This document shows positions 48,622 through 58,079 of a stretch of DNA of 64,000 nt, piece after piece; the stretch's first letter is position 1, and each line of letters starts with the position of its first letter. The position numbers and the translations under genes were made by a program. Under the pieces are notes generated by a model that was not told the origin of the DNA, did no database searches, and saw nothing but the letters and a program-made list of their open reading frames with translations. The stretch comes from an uncultured Acidobacteriota bacterium (GTDB taxonomy: Bacteria; Acidobacteriota; Thermoanaerobaculia; Multivoradales; UBA5704), in the NCBI GenBank assembly GCA_963770895.1, contig CAVYRF010000002.1, positions 1,760,001 through 1,824,000 of the forward strand, read 5' to 3'.

Positions 48622-51600
48622 CCGAAGCGGCGGGAACGGTGGGAACGGCGACCGATCTCTGCGATCTGCTGCGCCGGCAGGCGGCGCGGCAGCCCGAGGG
48701 GACGGCCTGTATCTTCCTCGCCGACGGCGACGCCGACAGTGAGCAGGAGCGGCTCACCTACGGCGAGCTCGACGCCGCGGCGCGCCGCATCGCCGCGCAG
48801 CTGCGGCGGGCCGCGCCGCAAGGGGGGCGGGCGCTGCTGCTCTACCCCTCGGGGCTCGAGTACGTGCGCGCCTTCTTCGGCTGCGTCTATGCCGGGATGG
48901 CCGGCGTCTGCGCCTATCCGCCGCCGCTGTCCGGCGGCCGGCGCCTCTTGCCGCGGCTGCGCGCCATCGTCGCCGACGCGCAGCCGGCGGTCGCCTTGAC
49001 CAACGCCGGGATGCTGGCGCACGCGCAGACGTTCGTGCGCGACGAGGGCGTGCTGGCGGAGCTGCCCTGGCTGGCTCCCGACGGCGGTCCGGCGGCGGCG
49101 GACGACGACGACGGCGGGTGGTCGCCGCCGGCGCTCGCCGCGGACGACCTGGCGTTTCTCATGTATACCTCCGGCTCGACCGGCACGCCGCGCGGCGTGA
49201 TGGTCAGTCACGGCAACGTCCTCCACAACCTGGCGGCCTTTCCGGGGTTCGCGGCGCGGCCGCTCACCGCCAGCGTGTCGTGGCTGCCGCTGTTCCACGA
49301 CCTGGGGCTGGTGTTCGGCCTGCTGCACCCGCTCTACCAGGGCGCGCCGGCGATCCTGCTGCCGCCCGACGCCTTCGTGCGCCGGCCGCTGCGGTGGCTC
49401 TCGGCGATCTCGCGCTTCCGGGCGAGCGCCACGTTCGGCCCCAACTTCGCCTACGACCTGTGCGCGCGGCGGATCGCGCCCGCCGAGCGCGCCGGGCTCG
49501 ACCTGTCGTGCCTCAACCTGGTGCTCAACGGCTCCGAGCCGGTGCGCCATGAAACCCTGGAGCGGTTCGCCGCCGCCTTCGGCTCGTGCGGCTTCCGCGG
49601 CGCGGCGTTCTATCCCGCCTTCGGGCTGTCCGAGGGCACCTCCGACGTGTCCGGCAACGCCAGCTTCGCGCCGCCGCTGGTCTGCACCCTGCGCGGCGAC
49701 CAGCTCGACCGCCACCAGGTCGTCGCAGCGGCGCCGGGCGAACCGGGCGCCCGCCAGGTGGTGGGCTGCGGCACGGTGCTGCCGGGCCAGCGCGTGGCGA
49801 TCGTCGATCCCGCGACGCTCGCACCTTGCGCCGCCGACCAGGTGGGCGAGATCTGGCTGGGCGGCCCGAGCGTCGCCCAGGGCTACTGGGCGCGGCCGGC
49901 GGAGACGGCCGAGACCTTCGGCGCGCGGCTCGCCGGGTCGGGCGACGGCCCCTTCCTGCGCACCGGCGATCTCGGCTTCCTGCGCGGCGGCGAGCTGTTC
50001 GTCACCGGACGGCTCAAGGACCTGGTGATCGTCCACGGCGTCAACCACTATCCCCAGGACATCGAGTCGAGCGTCGAGCGCAGCCACGCGGCGCTGCGCC
50101 CCGGCTGCGGCATCGCCTTCGGCTGCGAGGCCGACGGCGGCGAGGGGCTGGTGGTGGTGCAGGAGGTGGAGGCGGCGCCGGCGGCGACGCTCGACGAGGC
50201 GTTGGGCAACATCCGCCAGCAGCTGGTCGAAGAGCACCAGGTCGCACCCTGGGCGATCGTGCTGATCGCCGCCGGGACGCTGCCCAAGACGTCCAGCGGC
50301 AAGCTGCAACGGCGCGCCTGCCGCGAGGCGTTCCTGGCCGGCGAGCTGGCGCCGCTGGCCGAATGGCGGGCGGCGCCGGGGGCGATGCCGGAGGGGGTGT
50401 CGGAGGAGACGCCGGACGGGGCGGCCGGCGATCCGCTGGAGGCGTGGCTGGCCGCCGCGGTCGCCCGCCTGGCGGGGATCGCGCCGCAAGCCGTCGACCG
50501 GACGCAGCCGTTCGCCCGCTACGGCCTCACCTCGGTCGCCATCACCGAGCTGGTGGCGGAGCTGGAAGCCCTGCTGGGCAGGCGGCTGCCGCTGACGCTG
50601 CTGTTCGAGCACCCGACGGTGGCGTCGCTGGCCGGCCGCCTGCGCGGCGGTCTGGGCGCGGCGGCGCTGCCGGAGCCGGCGTCGTCGGCGAGCGCGGCAA
50701 ACGCGGTGGGCGCGGTGGGCGCGGACGGCGCGGCGCCGGGCGGGCGCGAGCCGATCGCCATCGTCGGCATGAGCTGCCGCCTGCCGGGGGCGCCCGACCT
50801 GCGCGCCTATTGGGAGCTGCTGCGCGACGGCGTGGACGCCGTGGGGCCGATCCCGCTGGAGCGCTGGGACGTGGACGGCCTGTACGACCCCAATCCCGCC
50901 GCGGCCGGCAAGATGAACACGCGGCAGGGCGGTTTTCTGTCCGGCCTCGACCGGTTCGATCCGCTGTTCTTCTCCATCTCCCCCGCCGAAGCGGCGCACC
51001 TCGATCCGCGGCAGCGCCTGGTGCTGGAGCTGGCCTGGGAATCGCTGGCGCACGCCGGCATCCCGGCCGCCAGCCTGCGCGGCAGCAGCACCGGCGTCTT
51101 CATCGGCACCATGACCGACGATTTCTTCCACCTGCTGCTCGACGATCCGGCGCGCGGCGACGCCTATTCCGGCACCGGCGGCGCCAACAGCCTGGTGGCC
51201 AACCGCGTCTCCTACTGCCTCGACCTGCGGGGGCCGAGCATGGCCGTCGACACCGCCTGCTCGGGGTCGCTGGTGGCGATCCACCTGGCCTGCCAGAGCC
51301 TGTGGAGCGGCGAAAGCAGCGCGGCGCTGGCCGGCGGCGTGATGGTGAACCTGCGGCCCGACGGCTTCCTGTTCTTTTCGCGCGCCGGCGCGCTGGCCCC
51401 GGACGGCCGCTGCAAGCCGTTCGACGCGCGTGCCGACGGCATCGGCCGGGCGGAGGGGGCCGGCATGCTGGTGCTCAAGCCGCTCTCCCGCGCCCGCGCC
51501 GACGGCGACCGGGTGCTGGCGGTGATCCGCGGCAGCGCGATCAACCAGGACGGCATGAGCAACGGCCTGACGGCGCCCCAGCCGCGGGCGCAGGAAGCGC

Positions 51601-54600
51601 TGCTGCGGCAGGCCTGCCGCCGGGCCGGCGTGGCGCCGGGCGACGTGCAATACGTCGAGGCGCACGGCACCGGCACGCCGCTCGGCGACGCCGTCGAGAT
51701 GACGGCCCTGGCGGCGGCGCTGGGCCAGGGCCGGTCGGCGGAGCGGCCGCTGATGGTGGGGTCGGTGAAGAGCAACTTCGGCCACGCCGAGGCGGCGGCG
51801 GGAGTGGCGAGCGTGATCAAGGTGGTGCTGGCGATGCGGCATCGCCTGCTGCCGCCCAGCCTGCACTTCCAGGCACCGTCGCCGCAGCTGGAGCTGGACC
51901 GCCTGCCGGTGCGGGTGCAGCACGTGCTCAGCCGCTGGCCCGCCGAGGAGCGGCCGCTGGTCGCCGGCGTCAGCGCCTTCGGCATCGGCGGCGCCAACGC
52001 CCACGTGGTGCTCGGGGAAGCTCCCCAGGAGGCCGCGGCGGCGTCCGGCGCGGCGGCGGCGCCCGCGGTGCGGCAGGCCGGGGCGGGCGGCGGCATCGCT
52101 CACCTGCTGCCGCTGTCGGCGCGCGATGCGCGGGCGCTGGCCCAACTGGCCGGGCGGACCGGGCAGTGGCTCGGCGGCGCCGGCGCCGCCGAGCCGCTTG
52201 ACGACCTCTGCTACACGGCGGCGGTGCGGCGCGATCATCACCCTCACCGCTGGGCGGCGTCCGGCCGCACCCACGCCGAGATGGCGGCGGCGCTGGCCGC
52301 TTTCGCCGCCACCGCTCAGGGTGGCCATGGCGGCCCTGGCGGCAATGGCGGCCAGGACGGTGCGGAACCCATGGCCGCGGCGCCGGTGATGAGCCGTCCG
52401 CGGCTGATCATGGTGTTTTCGGGGCAAGGTTCGCAGTGGGTGCGCATGGGCCAGGGCCTGGCCGAGCGCGAGCCGGTCTTCCGCGAAGCGCTGGCGCGGG
52501 TCGCCCGCCTGTTCCCCGCCCGCGACGGCCGCTCGCTGCTCGATCAGCTTGCGGCCGGCGCCGCGGACTCGCGATTGGACGCGCCGGAAGTGCTGCAGCC
52601 GGCGACCTTTGCCGTGCAGGTCGCCCTGTTCGAGCTGTGGCGCTCCTGGGGTCTCACCCCCGACGCGGTCGCCGGCCACAGCCTCGGCGAGGTGGCTGCC
52701 GCCTACGCGTGCGGCGCCCTGTGCATCGAAGATGCGGCGCGCGTGGTCGAGCACCGCTCGCGCCTCATGCAGTGGGCGATGGGGCCTGGCACCACGGCCC
52801 AGGTCCAGCTGCCGGAAGAGCGCGCCGCGGAGGTGCTGGCGGGGCACGCGGACGTGGAGCTCGCCGGCGCCAGCGGCCCGTCGTCCTTCGTCGTCTCGGG
52901 CGGCACGACGGCGGTCGCCCAGCTGCTGGCCGAGCTCGGCGGGCGGGGGGTGCGCTGCCGCGTGCTGCGGGTCGGACCGATCGCGCTCCACAGCCGCTTC
53001 ATGGACCCGTTGCAGGAGCCGCTCGCCGCGGCGCTGGGCAGCCTGCGGCCGGGACCGGCGCGCATCCCCTTCTTTTCGGCCGTCACCGGCGGCGCGCTGG
53101 CGGGGGAGCGGCTCGATGCCGGGTATTGGGTGCGCAACCTGCGCCAGCCGTTCCGCTTCCGGGCGGCGATGCGGGCGATGCTGGAGGCGCCGGAGGCGCC
53201 GGAGGACGGCGGCGGCGCGCCCGTCATCCTGCTCGAAGTCTCCCCCCACCCGCTGCTGGCGGCGCCGATGCAGGACAACCTGCGCCAGCTCGGCCGCCAG
53301 GGCCTGGTGCTGTCGTCGCTGCGCCGCGACGAGGACGAGCGCGGCGAGCTGCTCGCCGCGCTGGGCCGCGCCTACGCCGCCGGCCGCGACGTCGCCTGGC
53401 CGCGGCTCTATCCCGCGGGGCGGGTGCTGGACCTGCCCGGCTATCCGTGGCAACGCGAGCGGCACTGGTACCAGCAGCGGCGGACGGCATCGCCTGCCGG
53501 GAGCGACGGGCGCGACGCGGGTGGCGTCCGCGGCGCGGCGGTGGCGCCGGGGCCGGACGCGGATCAGGCGGCGGCGCTCTTCGACGTGGAATGGGTGCCG
53601 ATTGCCGCGGCGCCGGTGACCACGCCACCGGCGGCAGCGGCGGCTGGCCATCGCGGTGCCTGGGTGCTGGTCTGCGGCGGCCTGTCGGGCGACGCGCTGG
53701 CGGGGGCACTTGCGGCGGCGGGGGCCGCGGTGTGGCGGGTGGCGGCGGGGGAGCGGTACGCGGCGCCGGCGGCGGGCGGCCGGCAGTTCACCATCGACAT
53801 GGCCGCGCCGGCCGACTGGCGCCGCCTGCTCGCCGACCTGCCGGCGCCAGCCGGCCAGGGCGCCGGGGAAGGCCGCACCCGGCTGGTGCTGCTGTTCGGT
53901 GACGACATTCGGGCAGCAGCGGTGGGAGAGGCAGGAGCGGTGGGAACGGTTGGCGTGGCGGGAGCGGCGGGAGAGCGGGGGCCGATTGGCGCGCCGGCCG
54001 CGGTGCCTGAGACGGCGGATGCCGGCGCCGCCAGGGCGGCCACCGCCGCCCTGCTGTACGCCGTGCAAGCCGCGGCGCAGCTGGCGGCGCCGCCGCAGCT
54101 CTGGGTGGTGACGCGCGGCGCCCAGCCGCCCGGAGCGGTCGCCGCTCCGGACCAGGCGCTGCTGTGGGGCCTGGCGCGGGCGTTCGGCCAGCAGGAGCAC
54201 CCCGAGCTGTGGGGCGGCGTCGTCGACCTGGACCCGGCGGCGGAACCGGGCTCGCTCGACGAGGCGCGGCGGCTGCGCGGCCACGTCCTGGCGCCGGGCG
54301 GCGAGGATCAGGTATCGCTGCGCCAGGGGGAGCGCTACGCGCCGCGGCTGCGCCGCCGGCCCGCCGCCGGCACCGGCGGCGGCGCCAACCCACCGGCGGC
54401 GGGGCCGGCGCGTCCGCGCGCCGACGCGACGTACCTGGTCACCGGCGGGTTCGGCGCGCTCGGCCTGCGGGTGGCGCGCTGGCTGGTCGCGCGGGGTGCG
54501 CGCCGCCTGCTGCTGCTCGGCCGCCACGGCCTGCCGCCGCGGCGCACCTGGAGCGACGTCCCCGCCGCCGACCCTTACCGGCAGCGCATCGATGCCGTGC

Positions 54601-55562
54601 GGGCGCTGGAGTCGGCCGGCGCCAGCGTCCACCTGGCGGCGGCCGACGTCGCCGACGCGGCGGCGGTGGCGGGCCTGGTGGACACCTTCGAGCGCGAGGC
54701 CTGGCCGCCGGTGCGCGGCGTCGTCCACGCCGCCGGCGTGGTCGACGACCGGCTGCTGCTGCGCATGGACGGCGCCAGCCTGGATGCCGTGCTGCGCCCC
54801 AAGGTGCAAGGGGCGCTCGCCCTGCACGCGGCCTTCGCCGGCCGCCAGCTCGACTTCTTCGTGCTCTTCTCGTCGCTGTCGGCGCTGCTGCCGCCGCCGG
54901 GCCAGGGTGCCTACGCCGCCGCCAATGCCTTCCTGGACGCCCTGGCGCACCACCGGCGAGCGCTCGGCCTGCCCGGTCTCAGCATCGATTGGGGACCCTG
55001 GGCAGAGACCGGCATGGCGGCCGGCCGGCCGCTGCCGCACGCGGCCGGCGACGGCGGCGGGATCGCGCTGCTCGACCCCGCCGCCGCGCTGGCGGCGCTG
55101 GAGGTGGCGCTCGCGGGTGGCGCGGCGCAGGCCGTGGCGGCGGGAGACGTGGCGTGGCAGCGGCTGCAAGCGGGATTTTTCCCGCGCGGCGCGGCGCCGG
55201 CGCTGCTGGCCGACCTGCTGCCGGCGCCGGACGATCTGCCGCCCACCGCGCCCAAGGTTGCGCCGGCGGCGCTGGACTGCGTCGATGACGCGGCCTTCGA
55301 GCAACGGCTGCGGGAGCTGACCGCCGGCGTGCTGCAGCTGCCGATCGAGCGGCTCAATCCGCTCTCACCGTTGCGCGATCTCGGTTTCGACTCGATCATG
55401 GCGGTCGAGTTGCGCGCCAGCGTCGAACAGAGCCTCGGCAGCAGCCTGCCGATGCGCATCTTCCTGGACGCGCCGAGCGTGCGGCAGCTGGCCGGCCGTC
55501 TGGCGGAGCACCTGGCAATCGGTTCCACGGTCGGCGGGAACGGCCCGCGGATGGAGTCATGA
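48618..55562 (+). CDS. FAAL-ACP-KS-AT-KR-ACP type I PKS (lipid starter unit)
   Basis: FAAL MYTSGSTGTPRG, SWLPLFHDLGL, LRTGDLG, LPKTSSGK. ACP1 YGLTS. KS VDTACSGS / EAHGTGT / NFGHAE. AT GQGSQW, GHSLG, IALHS. KR TGGFGALG, HAAGVVDD, YAAAN. ACP2 LGFDSI. Confidence 0.94.
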   Translation: MTEAAGTVGTATDLCDLLRRQAARQPEGTACIFLADGDADSEQERLTYGELDAAARRIAAQLRRAAPQGGRALLLYPSGLEYVRAFFGCVYAGMAGVCAYPPPLSGGRRLLPRLRAIVADAQPAVALTNAGMLAHAQTFVRDEGVLAELPWLAPDGGPAAADDDDGGWSPPALAADDLAFLMYTSGSTGTPRGVMVSHGNVLHNLAAFPGFAARPLTASVSWLPLFHDLGLVFGLLHPLYQGAPAILLPPDAFVRRPLRWLSAISRFRASATFGPNFAYDLCARRIAPAERAGLDLSCLNLVLNGSEPVRHETLERFAAAFGSCGFRGAAFYPAFGLSEGTSDVSGNASFAPPLVCTLRGDQLDRHQVVAAAPGEPGARQVVGCGTVLPGQRVAIVDPATLAPCAADQVGEIWLGGPSVAQGYWARPAETAETFGARLAGSGDGPFLRTGDLGFLRGGELFVTGRLKDLVIVHGVNHYPQDIESSVERSHAALRPGCGIAFGCEADGGEGLVVVQEVEAAPAATLDEALGNIRQQLVEEHQVAPWAIVLIAAGTLPKTSSGKLQRRACREAFLAGELAPLAEWRAAPGAMPEGVSEETPDGAAGDPLEAWLAAAVARLAGIAPQAVDRTQPFARYGLTSVAITELVAELEALLGRRLPLTLLFEHPTVASLAGRLRGGLGAAALPEPASSASAANAVGAVGADGAAPGGREPIAIVGMSCRLPGAPDLRAYWELLRDGVDAVGPIPLERWDVDGLYDPNPAAAGKMNTRQGGFLSGLDRFDPLFFSISPAEAAHLDPRQRLVLELAWESLAHAGIPAASLRGSSTGVFIGTMTDDFFHLLLDDPARGDAYSGTGGANSLVANRVSYCLDLRGPSMAVDTACSGSLVAIHLACQSLWSGESSAALAGGVMVNLRPDGFLFFSRAGALAPDGRCKPFDARADGIGRAEGAGMLVLKPLSRARADGDRVLAVIRGSAINQDGMSNGLTAPQPRAQEALLRQACRRAGVAPGDVQYVEAHGTGTPLGDAVEMTALAAALGQGRSAERPLMVGSVKSNFGHAEAAAGVASVIKVVLAMRHRLLPPSLHFQAPSPQLELDRLPVRVQHVLSRWPAEERPLVAGVSAFGIGGANAHVVLGEAPQEAAAASGAAAAPAVRQAGAGGGIAHLLPLSARDARALAQLAGRTGQWLGGAGAAEPLDDLCYTAAVRRDHHPHRWAASGRTHAEMAAALAAFAATAQGGHGGPGGNGGQDGAEPMAAAPVMSRPRLIMVFSGQGSQWVRMGQGLAEREPVFREALARVARLFPARDGRSLLDQLAAGAADSRLDAPEVLQPATFAVQVALFELWRSWGLTPDAVAGHSLGEVAAAYACGALCIEDAARVVEHRSRLMQWAMGPGTTAQVQLPEERAAEVLAGHADVELAGASGPSSFVVSGGTTAVAQLLAELGGRGVRCRVLRVGPIALHSRFMDPLQEPLAAALGSLRPGPARIPFFSAVTGGALAGERLDAGYWVRNLRQPFRFRAAMRAMLEAPEAPEDGGGAPVILLEVSPHPLLAAPMQDNLRQLGRQGLVLSSLRRDEDERGELLAALGRAYAAGRDVAWPRLYPAGRVLDLPGYPWQRERHWYQQRRTASPAGSDGRDAGGVRGAAVAPGPDADQAAALFDVEWVPIAAAPVTTPPAAAAAGHRGAWVLVCGGLSGDALAGALAAAGAAVWRVAAGERYAAPAAGGRQFTIDMAAPADWRRLLADLPAPAGQGAGEGRTRLVLLFGDDIRAAAVGEAGAVGTVGVAGAAGERGPIGAPAAVPETADAGAARAATAALLYAVQAAAQLAAPPQLWVVTRGAQPPGAVAAPDQALLWGLARAFGQQEHPELWGGVVDLDPAAEPGSLDEARRLRGHVLAPGGEDQVSLRQGERYAPRLRRRPAAGTGGGANPPAAGPARPRADATYLVTGGFGALGLRVARWLVARGARRLLLLGRHGLPPRRTWSDVPAADPYRQRIDAVRALESAGASVHLAAADVADAAAVAGLVDTFEREAWPPVRGVVHAAGVVDDRLLLRMDGASLDAVLRPKVQGALALHAAFAGRQLDFFVLFSSLSALLPPPGQGAYAAANAFLDALAHHRRALGLPGLSIDWGPWAETGMAAGRPLPHAAGDGGGIALLDPAAALAALEVALAGGAAQAVAAGDVAWQRLQAGFFPRGAAPALLADLLPAPDDLPPTAPKVAPAALDCVDDAAFEQRLRELTAGVLQLPIERLNPLSPLRDLGFDSIMAVELRASVEQSLGSSLPMRIFLDAPSVRQLAGRLAEHLAIGSTVGGNGPRMES

Positions 55563-55567
55563 TCACT

Positions 55568-55592
55568 GCGGCGTGACGCAATTGCGCGCCGC
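55568..55592 (+). promoter_or_regulatory. Possible intergenic RNA hairpin
   Basis: gcggcg-tga-cgcaattgcg-cgccgc: outer 6-bp inverted repeat around a perfect 10-bp palindrome, just before the permease RBS (gggag). No U-tract, so not a classical terminator. Confidence 0.25.
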
Positions 55593-55607
55593 TCGGGAGA
55601 GACAGTC

Positions 55608-58037
55608 ATGGATGGCATTTTGCGCGACCTGCGAATCAGTTTTCGCACGCTTCTCCACAAGCCCAGCTTCCTCATCGCCGCGGTCCTGGTCCTGGCGTCG
55701 GGGATCGGCGCGACGGTGGCGATCTTCAGCTTCATCCACGCCTTCGTGCTCCACCCCCTGGACCTGGCCGGGGCCGACCGCATGGTGCAGCTGTGGGAAG
55801 CCTCCAAGGAGGAGGGCTGGGCCAAACGCGAGGTCGCGCCCGGCAACTTCCTCGACTGGAAATCGCAGAATCACGTCTTCGACCACCTGGCGTCGTACCA
55901 GCCCACCAGCTTCAACCTGGCGAGCCGCGGCGAGCCGGAGCGCCTGGCCGGGGCCAACGTCTCGGCCGATTTCTTTCGCGTCCTGGGCCTGACGCCCGCC
56001 AGCGGCCGCGACTTCCTGCCCAACGAGGACGCCGCCGGCGCGCCGCGGGTGGCGGTGATCAGCGACAACCTGTGGCGCCGCCACTTCGGCGCCGATCCGG
56101 CGATGCTCGGCAAGAGCTTCATGGTCAACGGCCAGAGCTGCGTGGTGGTGGGCGTGCTGCCGCCCTCCTTCCACCTGCCGCACCTGGGCCATGCCGACAT
56201 CTGGGTGCCGTTCGCCTTCGATGCCGGCAATGCCAACGATCGCGTCGGGCGCGGCCTGTACGTGCTGGGGCACCTGCGGCCGGGAGTCACCGCGCAGGGC
56301 GCCCAGGCGGACATGTCGTCGCTCGCGGCGCGCCTGGCGCAGCAGCATCCGCGGCCGGACGGGCCGATCGGCGTGCTGGTGATCCCGCTGGAGGTGGAGG
56401 TGGCGCAGTCCTACCGCCCGTCGCTGCTCATCCTGCTGATCGCCGCCGGGTGCCTGCTGCTGCTCGCCTGCGCCAACGTCGCCAACCTCCAGCTGGCGCG
56501 CACCTCGACGCGGGTGCATGAAATCTCGGTGCGCGTCGCGCTCGGCGTGACGCGCCCGCAGCTGATCCGCCAGCTGTTCCTGGAAAGCGTGCTGGTGGCG
56601 CTGCTCGGCGGCGTGCTGGCGCTCGTCGTGGCGCGCGCCTCGATCGCGCTCATGACCTACAAGCTGCCGCCGGACGTGCTGGTGTACGTGCCGCACTACG
56701 GCCGCGTGCCGATCGACGGCAGCGTGCTGCTGTTCAGCCTCGCCGCCGCGCTGGCGACGGCGGTCCTCTTCGGCCTGGTGCCCGCGGTGCGGGCGTCGCG
56801 GCCGCAGGTCGGCGCGCTGCTCAAGGGCGCCGGCCGCGCCTCGGCCGGCCGCCACGCCCGGCGCGGGCGGTCGCTGCTGATGGTGAGCGAGGTCGCCCTG
56901 GCGCTCACCCTGCTGGTGACCTCCGCCCTCATGCTCAAGAGCTTCGGCCGCCTGCAACGGGTCGATCCAGGCTTTCAGGCCGATCGCGTGCTGACCACCG
57001 AGCTCGAGCTGCCGCAGGCGACCTACGGTACGCCGGCGCTCGAAGCCCAGTTCTACCAGCGCGCGCTGGAGCGCGTCGAGCACCTGCCGGGCGTCGACAG
57101 CGCGGCGGTGGTCAACCACGTGCCGATGGGCGGCAGCAACTACAGCGGCACGGTCACCGTCGAAGGCTCTCCGGAAAAGGGCGACTGGCAGTTCAGCATG
57201 GTGCGCAGCTGCTCGCCCGACTACTTCCGGGTGCTGCGCATCCCGGTCGATCAGGGGCGCGCCTTCACCCCCCAGGACACCGCCGCCTCGCGCCGCGTGG
57301 TGATCGTCAACGAAGCGGTGGCCAGGCACTTCTGGCCCAACGGCAGCGCCCTTGGCAAGCGCCTCAAGCGCGGCCGGCTCGACAGCGACAATCCGTGGAT
57401 GGAAGTCGTCGGCGTCGTCGGCAACGTCAAGCAGTGGGCGCTCAACGACAACAGCACGGCGCAGATCTACCAGCCGATGCCGCAGTGGACGCCGCGGTCG
57501 GCGGCGATCGTGGTCCGCACCGTCTCCGACCGCCCCGCGGCGGTGGCGCAGAGCGTGCGCCGCGAAGTGCTGGCGGTCGATCCGCAGGAGCCCCTGGGAG
57601 AGTTCAAGACGATGCGGCAGCTGGTGAGCAATTCCCTGCTGCTGCAGGCGATGAGCGTCATCCTCATCGGCTTTTTCGGCACCATCGCCCTGGTCGTCGG
57701 CGCGATCGGCATCTTCAGCGTTGTCTACTACCTGACACTGCAGCGCACTCATGAGTTCGGCGTCCGCATGGCGCTGGGCGCTTCGCGCGGCAACGTGATT
57801 CAACTGGTCCTGTCGGGCGGTCTGCGGCTGGTCGCGATCGGCCTCGCGATCGGCGCGATCGCTGCCTTCGGCGCCGCCAGCGCGATGGGCGGCCTGCTGT
57901 ACGGGGTCAGCGCCGGCGACCTGTCGACCTACGCCGGGGCGGCGCTCTTCCTGGCCGTCGTGGCGGCGCTCGCGATCTATCTGCCGGCGCGCCAGGCAGG
58001 CAAGGTGTCGCCGGCGCTGTCCACGCGCTACGAATAA
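55608..58037 (+). CDS. ADOP-family duplicated permease (MacB/FtsX-like ABC permease)
   Basis: 809 aa. Starts MDGILRDLRISFRTL, contains LACANVANLQLAR...HEISVRVALG and a second QRTHEFGVRMALGA, i.e. two permease repeats each with a large extracytoplasmic loop. Confidence 0.88.
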   Translation: MDGILRDLRISFRTLLHKPSFLIAAVLVLASGIGATVAIFSFIHAFVLHPLDLAGADRMVQLWEASKEEGWAKREVAPGNFLDWKSQNHVFDHLASYQPTSFNLASRGEPERLAGANVSADFFRVLGLTPASGRDFLPNEDAAGAPRVAVISDNLWRRHFGADPAMLGKSFMVNGQSCVVVGVLPPSFHLPHLGHADIWVPFAFDAGNANDRVGRGLYVLGHLRPGVTAQGAQADMSSLAARLAQQHPRPDGPIGVLVIPLEVEVAQSYRPSLLILLIAAGCLLLLACANVANLQLARTSTRVHEISVRVALGVTRPQLIRQLFLESVLVALLGGVLALVVARASIALMTYKLPPDVLVYVPHYGRVPIDGSVLLFSLAAALATAVLFGLVPAVRASRPQVGALLKGAGRASAGRHARRGRSLLMVSEVALALTLLVTSALMLKSFGRLQRVDPGFQADRVLTTELELPQATYGTPALEAQFYQRALERVEHLPGVDSAAVVNHVPMGGSNYSGTVTVEGSPEKGDWQFSMVRSCSPDYFRVLRIPVDQGRAFTPQDTAASRRVVIVNEAVARHFWPNGSALGKRLKRGRLDSDNPWMEVVGVVGNVKQWALNDNSTAQIYQPMPQWTPRSAAIVVRTVSDRPAAVAQSVRREVLAVDPQEPLGEFKTMRQLVSNSLLLQAMSVILIGFFGTIALVVGAIGIFSVVYYLTLQRTHEFGVRMALGASRGNVIQLVLSGGLRLVAIGLAIGAIAAFGAASAMGGLLYGVSAGDLSTYAGAALFLAVVAALAIYLPARQAGKVSPALSTRYE

Positions 58038-58079
58038 CCGGCAGTGGAGCGTGCGAACGAAAGGTGAAAGGTGGTTCCG

